Of a stretch of DNA of 64,000 nt, positions 16,983 through 25,362 are shown one piece after another. This DNA comes from Phycisphaerae bacterium (GTDB lineage Bacteria > Planctomycetota > Phycisphaerae > UBA1845 > Fen-1342), in assembly GCA_963675745.2 (NCBI GenBank), contig CAXXWX010000006.1, forward strand, positions 32,001-96,000, written 5' to 3'. Positions within the stretch are counted from its first letter, which is position 1, and each line of letters opens with the position of its first letter. The position numbers and the translations under genes are program-made. Under the pieces are notes generated by a model that was given only the letters and a program-made list of their open reading frames with translations, did not search any database and had not been told where the DNA came from.

Positions 16983-18797
16983 CTACTTGCGCGCCTCTGC
17001 TTCCACCGGCAATTCGATCGTGAACGTCGAGCCCTTGTCCGGCTCGCTGTCGAGCGTGATATCGCCCCCGTGCAGCCGGGCCACCTCGCGCGCAATTGCC
17101 AGTCCCAATCCGGTGCCCTTGATCCCACGCACCTCTTCGCTGTCGGCGCGATAGAACTTGTCAAACACGCGTTCGTGGTCTCCCGGATCGATGCCGATGC
17201 CGGTGTCGCTCACGGCGATTTCGACACAGCGCTCCTGTGCCACCATCACCACCTCCACTCCGCCACCGGCGCGCGTGTACTTGATCGCATTGCCAATCAG
17301 GTTGTTCAGTAGAACCGCCAGCCGCTTCTTGTCGCCACGCACCGGCGGCACCTTCGGCGGGAGCTTCAAACGCAGCTCAACCTGCTTCTCGTCCGCCGCG
17401 GCCAGGTTGTCCTGTACCATCTCACGCAACAGACGCGCAATGTCGATGTTGTTCCACTCGATGCGCACCTTGCCGATCTCGAGCTGAGACAGGCTGAGAA
17501 TGTCCTCTATCAGCGCCGACAGCCGACGTGTCTCGCTGATGATTACGTTGTAACACTCCTTGCGCGTCTGCTCGTCATCAAAGTCGGGTTGACTGAGCGT
17601 CTCAGCGTAGGCCTGAATGTTAGTCAACGGCGTGCGCAGTTCGTGCGTAACGTGATAGAGGAAACTATCCTGGATTCGGCGGCTTTCAAACAGCGGGCTG
17701 ACATCCGAGACGAACAGCACCGGCTCATCGTCGTCGCCGGCCGCCGAACGCAGCATTTGCAGGCGAATCGTCATCGGGTGCTGCTCATCCCCGATGCGTC
17801 TGTCGAGGGCGTGCGCCTGGCTGCCGCTGGGACGTGCTTCCAGCAAAGGTTCCGCACTCTCCGCGCCGATCACGTCCTCCAGCGGACGCCCCACAATCCC
17901 GTCCGCTCCCCCACCAAGTAGCTGTGTCGCGCAGGCATTGGCGTACTTGACCTGCCGGTCATTGTTGACACGCACCACACCAACAGGCAGGCGATCCAAC
18001 AGCCGCCGTAACGAACGACTCTCGAAACGCGAAAGCGCGTCTTCCGGCGACGCGCCCGGACTCACCTGCTGTTCCAGTCGCGCCGCCTGCTGAATCAGTT
18101 GGTTCCAGCCATGCGCCGTCTCCCCCATCGAGTCACTCAGCCCCAACGCCAATAGCTCGCGCTCGATGCCGAGGGCATAGCGGTGCAGGTTGTCCTTGAC
18201 CGCTTCAATCGGTCGCACATGAGCGCGCAGATGGCGGCACAGCACCAGGTACAGCAACAAGGCAGAGAACAGCACCAGCGCTGTCATACCGATCAGAGTC
18301 GGGCGGTAGTCCCCCGCCCGCGCCAACGCCGGCCGGACCACTGCGGTCCCCAACGGCGCGCCGTCGGTACCGAGAACTGTGGCGCGGTATGCCTGATTCG
18401 GCGTTTCGTCTGATGCTGGCGCGGCGGCGGCCTGATCAGCCGTCGGTGCCGGTGGCCACGCGAAACGCACCGACCCCGCCGGGTCTGACCAGGTGATTGA
18501 TTGGAACGACCCCAGCGCGCCCAGGGCCCGATTCACATCGGCGGGCGGCTCGCCCTCGGCGGCGGCGGCCCCGAGAACCGCCGCTACCGCTTCAGCGAGC
18601 AGTTGGCCGCGCGCGGATTCGTGCAACTTCGCTTGTCGTGCCAGCATCAGGTTGGCCGCCAGCGCAACGGAGAGCGCGCCGGCGATAATGATCGCCCCAA
18701 TACCGACACCAACCGTGTCGGGGATTACTCGACCCCACTTCTGCTCGCGACGCGGCATGTTATCGGCGGCAGGTTCCTGATCAGACGCAATGGTCAT
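16983..18797 (-). CDS. Membrane PAS sensor histidine kinase
   Basis: Two TMs, PAS (LPVGVVRVN..YAN), HELRTPL, NLIGNAIKY, DTGIGI and GTGLGL. Confidence 0.93.
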   Translation of the reverse strand: MTIASDQEPAADNMPRREQKWGRVIPDTVGVGIGAIIIAGALSVALAANLMLARQAKLHESARGQLLAEAVAAVLGAAAAEGEPPADVNRALGALGSFQSITWSDPAGSVRFAWPPAPTADQAAAAPASDETPNQAYRATVLGTDGAPLGTAVVRPALARAGDYRPTLIGMTALVLFSALLLYLVLCRHLRAHVRPIEAVKDNLHRYALGIERELLALGLSDSMGETAHGWNQLIQQAARLEQQVSPGASPEDALSRFESRSLRRLLDRLPVGVVRVNNDRQVKYANACATQLLGGGADGIVGRPLEDVIGAESAEPLLEARPSGSQAHALDRRIGDEQHPMTIRLQMLRSAAGDDDEPVLFVSDVSPLFESRRIQDSFLYHVTHELRTPLTNIQAYAETLSQPDFDDEQTRKECYNVIISETRRLSALIEDILSLSQLEIGKVRIEWNNIDIARLLREMVQDNLAAADEKQVELRLKLPPKVPPVRGDKKRLAVLLNNLIGNAIKYTRAGGGVEVVMVAQERCVEIAVSDTGIGIDPGDHERVFDKFYRADSEEVRGIKGTGLGLAIAREVARLHGGDITLDSEPDKGSTFTIELPVEAEARK

Positions 18798-18851
18798 CGG
18801 CGCACCTTTCCCGTGCTTTCATACGCTGGCGCGAATACACACATGGGGGAT

Positions 18852-18877
18852 ATCGGAGCAGGTACGTCCATGCTTAA
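18852..18877 (-). promoter_or_regulatory. Sigma28-like promoter upstream of the kinase-to-pilP operon
   Basis: Minus strand TTAAG-N15-TCCGATA. Confidence 0.55.
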
Positions 18878-18941
18878 AGAGTGTCGCGCGACGGTCGGAA
18901 TGTGACGAATGTGCGCGTCCGGCGATTCGAGGCCGCCCGTC

Positions 18942-19496
18942 TCACCCGCCGGGGAGTGGAATCGCGCCACCACCATCCAACTGCTGGACTTCAGCGCCGC
19001 CGAGCAACACGCCCAAGTCCGCTGAGGCATCATTCAGCAGAAACTCGCCGGTTGTCGGGTTATAGACCCAACCACAGGGTTCGAGCGACCGCGCAATCGG
19101 TGGACTGGATGTGGAGTCGATCAGCACATCCGCGCTGCCGGCGTTTGCCCCAAGCGGTGCCGGTGGGATGGCGTGCAGGTATGGTCCGTATATGTAAGCG
19201 CCGCCACGCGTGTGCGCTGTGTCGCCAGCGCGCGTCGAGTATTGGGTGAGCTGGTCCGCGAATTCCTCAGCCGTCGGCCCTGGGAAGGCGTTCTCGTGTT
19301 CCAGGGCGTAGTACATGATCGCCGCCCGCACCGCCGACAGATCGCGGGCGGCGGCCGAGATCGACGCCCCCTGGCTTCCGCGGCTGAGTCGCGGAATCGC
19401 GATCGCCGCCAGCAGACCTATAATCACAATGACTACGATCAACTCGACCAGCGAGAAACCACGCCTGGCTGTACAGATAAGCTCAAACCGCCGCAT
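18942..19496 (-). CDS. Type IV pilin / GspG-like (pseudo)pilin 2, paralog of pilin 1
   Basis: RRG|FSLVELIVVIVIIGLLAAIAIPRLSRG, YGPYL and GWVYNPTTGEF shared with pilin 1. Confidence 0.9.
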   Translation of the reverse strand: MRRFELICTARRGFSLVELIVVIVIIGLLAAIAIPRLSRGSQGASISAAARDLSAVRAAIMYYALEHENAFPGPTAEEFADQLTQYSTRAGDTAHTRGGAYIYGPYLHAIPPAPLGANAGSADVLIDSTSSPPIARSLEPCGWVYNPTTGEFLLNDASADLGVLLGGAEVQQLDGGGAIPLPGG

Positions 19497-19524
19497 TGGA
19501 CACCAATGGCCCCGGTGCGCTTGT

Positions 19525-19550
19525 ATCGGTCAGCTTGTGCTGGTACTTGG
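19525..19550 (-). promoter_or_regulatory. Sigma28-like promoter upstream of pilin 2
   Basis: Minus strand CCAAG-N15-ACCGATA. Confidence 0.5.
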
Positions 19551-19655
19551 ATCTGTCGTTCTAGAGTCTGGGAATATTGTCGCCGACCAGCGTTGAGAAT
19601 GCCGTAAAACGCGGTGCCAAGACGCAACCTGCAAACGCCTTAGCCTCCGCCATTG

Positions 19656-19994
19656 TCAACCGGTGCTGTCGACGGCACCTCCGTCCGTGAGGGCCTCATC
19701 AGCCGAAGACTCGAGCGATGCAAACGCTCCCTCCACGAATCCGGTGAAGAGCGCGATCAGACCGGCCTGTAAGTTACCCACGGCGGCGTTGCGAAACTGC
19801 ACAAGGTTGTCCTCGGCGGTATCGTTGGAATCACAGCCGACGCTCGCCAGGCACAACGACGCCAACATGATGTACGTCACCGCCGATCGGCATGTACCCC
19901 GCCATGATTGCGCAAGAGTGTGTTTCTGATACGATCTGGTCATCGCTGGCGTCCTCGTCTGGGCTGCTGACACGTATACTCTCGTCTCGTTCAT
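19656..19994 (-). CDS. Small hypothetical lipoprotein-like protein (start uncertain)
   Basis: Hydrophobic stretch ending LASVGC; co-oriented with the pilus locus. Confidence 0.45.
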   Translation of the reverse strand: MNETRVYVSAAQTRTPAMTRSYQKHTLAQSWRGTCRSAVTYIMLASLCLASVGCDSNDTAEDNLVQFRNAAVGNLQAGLIALFTGFVEGAFASLESSADEALTDGGAVDSTG

Positions 19995-20074
19995 CGGCAG
20001 AATCGCCGACTGACTCGTTCAACGCGTCATGTCTGCGCCCGACTCGCCGGTGCCGATAAAAACAGGGGCCAGCC

Positions 20075-20605
20075 ATGCCACGCGCATCGACCAATCTGAC
20101 GTCGCGGATCTTCAAAACACGCATGGGACCGATGGCATTCGTTGCCGGCGATCGAGGGTTGCGCTGCGTGTATCTGCCGCTGCGCGACATCGATGCGCAA
20201 CGGGACGCACTGCACGCGGATTTTCCGGAGGCAGTCGAGGACCATCAGCTTGCGCCGAGTCTCGTGAGCGAGCTCACCAGGTATTTCGCCGGTGAGCGGG
20301 TGGACTTCAATGTCGAACTCGATTGGACAGGTCACAGCCCGTTCAACGTTCGCGTGTGGCAGGCCTGCCGCAAGGTCGGCTACGGGCACACTGTATCGTA
20401 CGGCGAGCTTGCGTCGCGCATCGGATGTCCGGGCGCGGCCCGCGCCGTTGGTGGAGCAATGGGCCGTAACCCGTTCCCGATCGTGGTGCCCTGCCACCGG
20501 GTGCTCAAGAGTGACGGCACGCTGGGCGGCTATTCTGGTCCGGGTGGCGTTGAGTGGAAGCGCCATCTGCTGGAATTGGAATCAACGGAGCGCGAACGGC
20601 TGTGA
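20075..20605 (+). CDS. ogt: Methylated-DNA-protein cysteine methyltransferase
   Basis: SYGELA, AARAVG and NP..IVVPCHRV motifs. Confidence 0.93.
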   Translation: MPRASTNLTSRIFKTRMGPMAFVAGDRGLRCVYLPLRDIDAQRDALHADFPEAVEDHQLAPSLVSELTRYFAGERVDFNVELDWTGHSPFNVRVWQACRKVGYGHTVSYGELASRIGCPGAARAVGGAMGRNPFPIVVPCHRVLKSDGTLGGYSGPGGVEWKRHLLELESTERERL

Positions 20606-20618
20606 AACTGCCTATTAC

Positions 20619-20715
20619 GGGTCCCCCACCCCTTGGGGTGGGGGACTGACTGTTGTATCGCGCAAGGCGGCCCGCCGGTCGTCATCCGTCCCCCACGGCA
20701 AGCCGTGGGGCACCC
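20619..20715. repeat. Inverted pair of 28-bp palindromic REP-like units
   Basis: 20619-20646 GGGTCCCCCACCCCTTGGGGTGGGGGAC; reverse complement of 20688-20715 GGGTGCCCCACGGCTTGCCGTGGGGGAC. Confidence 0.7.
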
Positions 20716-20736
20716 TTGCAATCGCACACCCGGCTC

Positions 20737-22899
20737 TTATGCATCCAGAACAGTGGCACGCGCGTTGTTGCGCGATATGAGTCGACGGGCGGCGCACAGC
20801 AGTATGCCGGTTGTCATCGCCAGCACGAGGATGGCGGCAATTGTCAGTGGCGCGGTGGCGGTACCGCCGGGGATATATACCCGCGTCAACAGCCGCACCA
20901 GCATCCAGATCGAAGTGGCGAACATGAAGATCGCCGGCAGCAACGTGTACCACAGCGGGCGCTGTTTCGCCGCCAGCCAGCAGGTGGCAACGAGCAGGGC
21001 CAGGGCCGCGAGCAGTTGGTTTGACGAGCCAAAAATCTTCCAGACGGCCTCGTAGCCGTTGGTCAACGCCAGCGCGAGCATCAGTACCACCGCGATGCCG
21101 GAGTTGACCCAGTAGTGTTGCAGCGTTCTCAGCAGGAAGCGCGCGGCGCCGCGGGTGGGGATCGGCGGTGCGGCAGATGGCTCGGGACGGAGGTCGGGGC
21201 GCTCGGCCGTCAGGCCGCCGGTGCCGATCATTTCGAGGGAAGCTGTGGTTGCGGCGTCTCTGCCAGAGGCCGGTCCCGCATGAGCGTTTTTTTCGGCGAA
21301 GACGTCGTAGCGGCCGAAGAATGTCGCCCAACCTTCCTCGATCATGTAACGCGTCAGGCGAATCGCCGTGTCGAGCGTCGTGACCAGGAAGCCCTCGAGC
21401 AGGAGCATGGCTCCCAGTGCGCCGGCGGCGATCGGCAAACCCAGGCCGATATGAGCCGTGTGCCCCACGCTCATCGCGAAAGTAAGCACGGCGTTGCCCT
21501 GGCCGCCGGGGACGCGATACAACTCGTAGTCCGTCATGGACAGGCCGACCAGCACACACGCCACCACGCAGACCGCCAGGAAGCACTCCAACAGCATGCC
21601 GTAGTAGCCGACGTGTCGCGCCGCGCACTCATGGCTGAGCTGCTTGCTGGTAGTGCCGCCGGCACAGAGGCTGTGGAATCCGCTGACGGCGCCGCAGGCG
21701 ATCATCACAAACAGCACCGGCCAGCCAGGGCCCAAGGCCGTGCTGGCGGCGGTCCAGTTGCTGGCGGGGATGCTGGTGCCCGCGGCGAGCGCGCCACCGC
21801 CGCGCAAACCCACACCAAGCAGTGCCACAACCAGGAATGCGATTCCGATGTACAGGATGTGAACGTTGATGAAGTCGCGGCTTTGCAGGAACAGCCACAC
21901 CGGCAGCCCGGCCGAGATCAGCACGTAAGCGCTGATCGCCATCTTCCAGGTGAACTGTGAGACCGGCATGGGCAACAGCGTGCCGATGAAGATCGACAGC
22001 GCGCAGATCCCAATGGCCAGCAGCGAACATATCCAGACGGGCACTTTGCGTTTCAGGTAGAGAAAGCCGATCAACGGCGAGAACAGCGTGATGACCACAA
22101 CGGACGTGGATGCAATGCCGCCGATCAAGGCCCGCTGCTCGTACACAACCACCCGAGGCTGACCTGACTGGTCGGCAGCTTCGCGCTGCACGGTATATGA
22201 ACGCGATCCGTCGGTGAGCCGCCAGCGTGTGCCATCATCGATCGTGGCCAGCACGGCGGCGTCCGAAAGCGGACGGTTTTGTTCGGCAAATCCCGCAGCC
22301 AAATCGGCAAGCAGGGGTTGTGTGGCCGAGTCGGCGACGTCGGCGCCTGATTCACACGCGAGGATCTGCCGGTCGCGCACGCGGAAGAGCTTCTGATCCG
22401 GAGTAATGTGCAAGGTCTCGACGGCGACCTCCGACGTAAGCGCCTTCGCAGAGAGATCCAGAAAAGCCGCACACACCAGCACCAGCAGCGCGACGAGCAT
22501 GCACAACATCATGACGAACGCGCCGCCGCCGATGTAACGTCTCGTGATGACGGCGAGATTCTTGCCGCCTTCGCGGAGTGAGATGTGTGTGGCCACGTAG
22601 TCATGGACGGCGCCGAGGAACACGCCGCCCAGCAGAATCCAAAGCAGGGCCGGCAGCCAGCCGTAGTAAATCGCCAGGATCGGTCCCACGATCGGCCCGG
22701 CACCGGCGATTGAGGCGTAGTGGTGTGCGAAAACGACCGGCGTGCGCGTGGGGACATAGTCGCGGCCGTCGTTTATGCGCACGGCCGGCGTTGGGCGGTC
22801 CGCGCGCTCTCCGAGCACGCGCGCGATAACGGGCGCGTAGTATCTGCCCCCCAGCCACAATGCCGCCGCGGAAACAAGCAGGATGAAGAGGATATTCAT
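20737..22899 (-). CDS. cstA: Carbon starvation protein A family transporter
   Basis: TPA..INDGRDYVP, HHYASIAGAGPIVGP, LPVWLFLQSRD, IACGAVSGFH, TTLDT..RL.RY and FG.SNQLLA motifs. Confidence 0.93.
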   Translation of the reverse strand: MNILFILLVSAAALWLGGRYYAPVIARVLGERADRPTPAVRINDGRDYVPTRTPVVFAHHYASIAGAGPIVGPILAIYYGWLPALLWILLGGVFLGAVHDYVATHISLREGGKNLAVITRRYIGGGAFVMMLCMLVALLVLVCAAFLDLSAKALTSEVAVETLHITPDQKLFRVRDRQILACESGADVADSATQPLLADLAAGFAEQNRPLSDAAVLATIDDGTRWRLTDGSRSYTVQREAADQSGQPRVVVYEQRALIGGIASTSVVVITLFSPLIGFLYLKRKVPVWICSLLAIGICALSIFIGTLLPMPVSQFTWKMAISAYVLISAGLPVWLFLQSRDFINVHILYIGIAFLVVALLGVGLRGGGALAAGTSIPASNWTAASTALGPGWPVLFVMIACGAVSGFHSLCAGGTTSKQLSHECAARHVGYYGMLLECFLAVCVVACVLVGLSMTDYELYRVPGGQGNAVLTFAMSVGHTAHIGLGLPIAAGALGAMLLLEGFLVTTLDTAIRLTRYMIEEGWATFFGRYDVFAEKNAHAGPASGRDAATTASLEMIGTGGLTAERPDLRPEPSAAPPIPTRGAARFLLRTLQHYWVNSGIAVVLMLALALTNGYEAVWKIFGSSNQLLAALALLVATCWLAAKQRPLWYTLLPAIFMFATSIWMLVRLLTRVYIPGGTATAPLTIAAILVLAMTTGILLCAARRLISRNNARATVLDA

Positions 22900-24203
22900 G
22901 CAGGCGTCCCTATTTGGCTCATCACGTCGAAATAGTTGGGGAAGCTCTTGGAGACACAGTCGGCGTCCCTGATGACGATGCCCGACGCGCGCAAACCGGC
23001 CAAGGCGAACGACATGGCCATGCGGTGGTCATCGTAGGTGGCGATTTCAGCGGGTGTGATCTCGGCGGGCGGCTTGACGGTAAGGCCGTCATCACGCGTT
23101 TCGACCACGGCCCCCAGCTTGGCCAGCTCGCGCGCCGTGGCGTCAATGCGGTCGGTCTCCTTGATACGCAGGTTGGCAACGTTGCGCACGTTAGTGGGAC
23201 CGTTGGCAAACAGGGCCGTGACGGCGAGTGTCTGCACCGTATCGGGCATGGCGTTCAGATCCTCATCAACGCCACACAACCGGCCGACCGGCGGCCCTTG
23301 CACTTCTAGGAAGTCCGGTCCTTCGCGAACCTCGCAGCCCATGCGTTCCAGCACATCCACGAAACGCGCGTCGCCTTGATGGCTGGCGCGGGTCAAACCG
23401 TCAACACGCACACAGCCGCCGGTGATGGCCGCCGCCGCCCATAGATAAGTCGCGCCGCTGGCGTCCGGCTCCACCTCGAAGTCGCCCGCACGATAGCGCT
23501 GTGAACTGGCCACCACGTAACGCGGCCCCGCACCCTCCAAGACCTCGACGCCCAGCGCCCGCATCACGTCGATTGTCATGTTGACATACGGGTGACTCGG
23601 TAGGCCGCCTTCGATGGCGATATAGACATCCTGGCAGGCGTAGGGTGCGACCATCAAAATGGCGCTGATGTACTGACTGGATGGCGGCTCGCGAAACTCG
23701 AGCTGCCCACCTTGCAGGCCGCGCGCCTCCATGGTCAGCGGTGGATAACCGGGCACGGCGTCATACCCGATCGCGCCGCCAATGTCGGTCAACGCGTCAA
23801 CGAGTTGACGGATTGGACGCTCGCGCATGCGCGGCGACCCATCCAGCCGATAGCGCCCGCGGCCCAGGCAAGCCAGCGCGGCCAGGAAACGCATCGTGGT
23901 TCCCGCGTTGCCGACGTCAATCTCGGCATCAACCGCCGGCAGAAATCCGCCTCCCCCCTCCAGGCTGATGGTCTCGCGAGCCGCGTCCGTCTCGACGCGC
24001 AAGCCAAGCGCGGAAAGTCCGGCCGCCATGCGCTCGGTGTCGTCACAGATGGCGGCACCGGTGATTGTGCTGTGTCCATCCGCGAGCGCGAGGCAGGTCA
24101 GGAAGCGATTGGTGAGGCTCTTTGATCCCGGCGGGCGGAGGCGCGCATTCACCGCGGCTCCCGGAGCGAGGATGACATCCGCACCTCTGTGCTCGACGCG
24201 CAC
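22896..24203 (-). CDS. aroA: 3-phosphoshikimate 1-carboxyvinyltransferase
   Basis: PGSKSLTNR, GNAGTTMRF, SSQYIS, LRIKETDRI and DHRMAM motifs. Confidence 0.96.
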   Translation of the reverse strand: MRVEHRGADVILAPGAAVNARLRPPGSKSLTNRFLTCLALADGHSTITGAAICDDTERMAAGLSALGLRVETDAARETISLEGGGGFLPAVDAEIDVGNAGTTMRFLAALACLGRGRYRLDGSPRMRERPIRQLVDALTDIGGAIGYDAVPGYPPLTMEARGLQGGQLEFREPPSSQYISAILMVAPYACQDVYIAIEGGLPSHPYVNMTIDVMRALGVEVLEGAGPRYVVASSQRYRAGDFEVEPDASGATYLWAAAAITGGCVRVDGLTRASHQGDARFVDVLERMGCEVREGPDFLEVQGPPVGRLCGVDEDLNAMPDTVQTLAVTALFANGPTNVRNVANLRIKETDRIDATARELAKLGAVVETRDDGLTVKPPAEITPAEIATYDDHRMAMSFALAGLRASGIVIRDADCVSKSFPNYFDVMSQIGTPA

Positions 24204-24223
24204 TGGAAATCTCCCTGGTCAGG

Positions 24224-25162
24224 CTAGGCGGCGGGCGCGAGGCGGTAGAGCACCTCCAGCGACCACTCCAGGGCAGGGCGCGCCACGCGCTCATTAGCGC
24301 CGTCACTCAAGCGGCCCAGCGTGACTTCTTCCGCCGTGCTTGCCAGCCAAATACGACAGCTCACGGTCCGATCGTCCGTGAGCCGGTACAGGGCTGGTCG
24401 CCCGTTTTGCGGCGCGGATCCGAGCGCGACCAGCGCCACATCGCCGGCGGCGAACATGGGTGTCATGGAATCATCGCCCAAGCGCACGCCGAACAGCCCG
24501 GGAAACGCGCGCGCCAGTTCGGCACTGCGCAGGAAGTCTCGCCGGCGCTCGTTGACCAGCACCTGGATCGTAGTCACCTCGCGCCAGTCACCCGCCGCGT
24601 ACTCCGTCTTGGGCTCAGCCAAGCGACTGCCGCTCTCGGCGACGATATTCGCGCCGGCCGTCAGGGCCGGAAGGGCTTCTGCTTGTACAAGCGACGCCTG
24701 TTCCAATTGTCGGCCGAGCGTACGGGGTACGTCATCGGGGTCGAAGATGGGCACCAGGTCGCCCTGATCGGGCATCGACAGCGCTCGCTCAGACGCCGGC
24801 CGCGCAGCACCTTTCTCCAGCAGCAGGTCCAGAAATGCCTCAACAGGGGATGCCAACGTTGGGTTGCTGTCGAGGGCGGCGGCCAGACGTGTGAGCAGAT
24901 TCTGATGCCGCGAACGCGTGCCGGAGATCACGACCGTGCCGCGCGCGGCGACGCCGGTCAGGAGCCACTGGAGGTCTTCACCGGTGAGCTCGCACATGCG
25001 CACCAGGGTCTCGCCGGGCGGAATACTGCCGCGTTCGAAGCGTTCATAGTCGCAAAGCGGCAGCCCGAGGCGCTCGGCGAAGACGGCTTTGCCGCGCGCG
25101 CCGAAGTGTTTGCGGCGCAGGTCCGCGATTCGTCGACCCAGTTCCCGCTCGGTACTACCCAC
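24224..25162 (-). CDS. XRE-family HTH regulator with C-terminal S24 (LexA/CI-like) domain
   Basis: LGRRIADLRRK..FAERLG..Y.RFERG..DLQWLLTG; GDDSMTPMF..GDVALV. Start placed at GTG 25162. Confidence 0.75.
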   Translation of the reverse strand: MGSTERELGRRIADLRRKHFGARGKAVFAERLGLPLCDYERFERGSIPPGETLVRMCELTGEDLQWLLTGVAARGTVVISGTRSRHQNLLTRLAAALDSNPTLASPVEAFLDLLLEKGAARPASERALSMPDQGDLVPIFDPDDVPRTLGRQLEQASLVQAEALPALTAGANIVAESGSRLAEPKTEYAAGDWREVTTIQVLVNERRRDFLRSAELARAFPGLFGVRLGDDSMTPMFAAGDVALVALGSAPQNGRPALYRLTDDRTVSCRIWLASTAEEVTLGRLSDGANERVARPALEWSLEVLYRLAPAA

Positions 25163-25362
25163 GTTGTGGTTACGCTCCAGCGCTGGCCTATACCTGTGGC
25201 ACCGGTTTTCAATCCGCGATCCGCGCAGATTACAGACCTGTGCCACCGTTCTGGATGAGGTTCCACGGATTTTACCGTATTTCGGCGGGGGATACGTAGC
25301 CGGTCACCGGCAAAAGATGCGAACGCGGCGGACAAGTGACCGTGAAATCCCGACCGGCGCCC

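Noticed and set aside
19600..19620. TGGCAC sigma54 -24 element upstream of pilin 2 (similar at 25197 and 51793)
   Set aside because: The required -12 GC is missing or misplaced.
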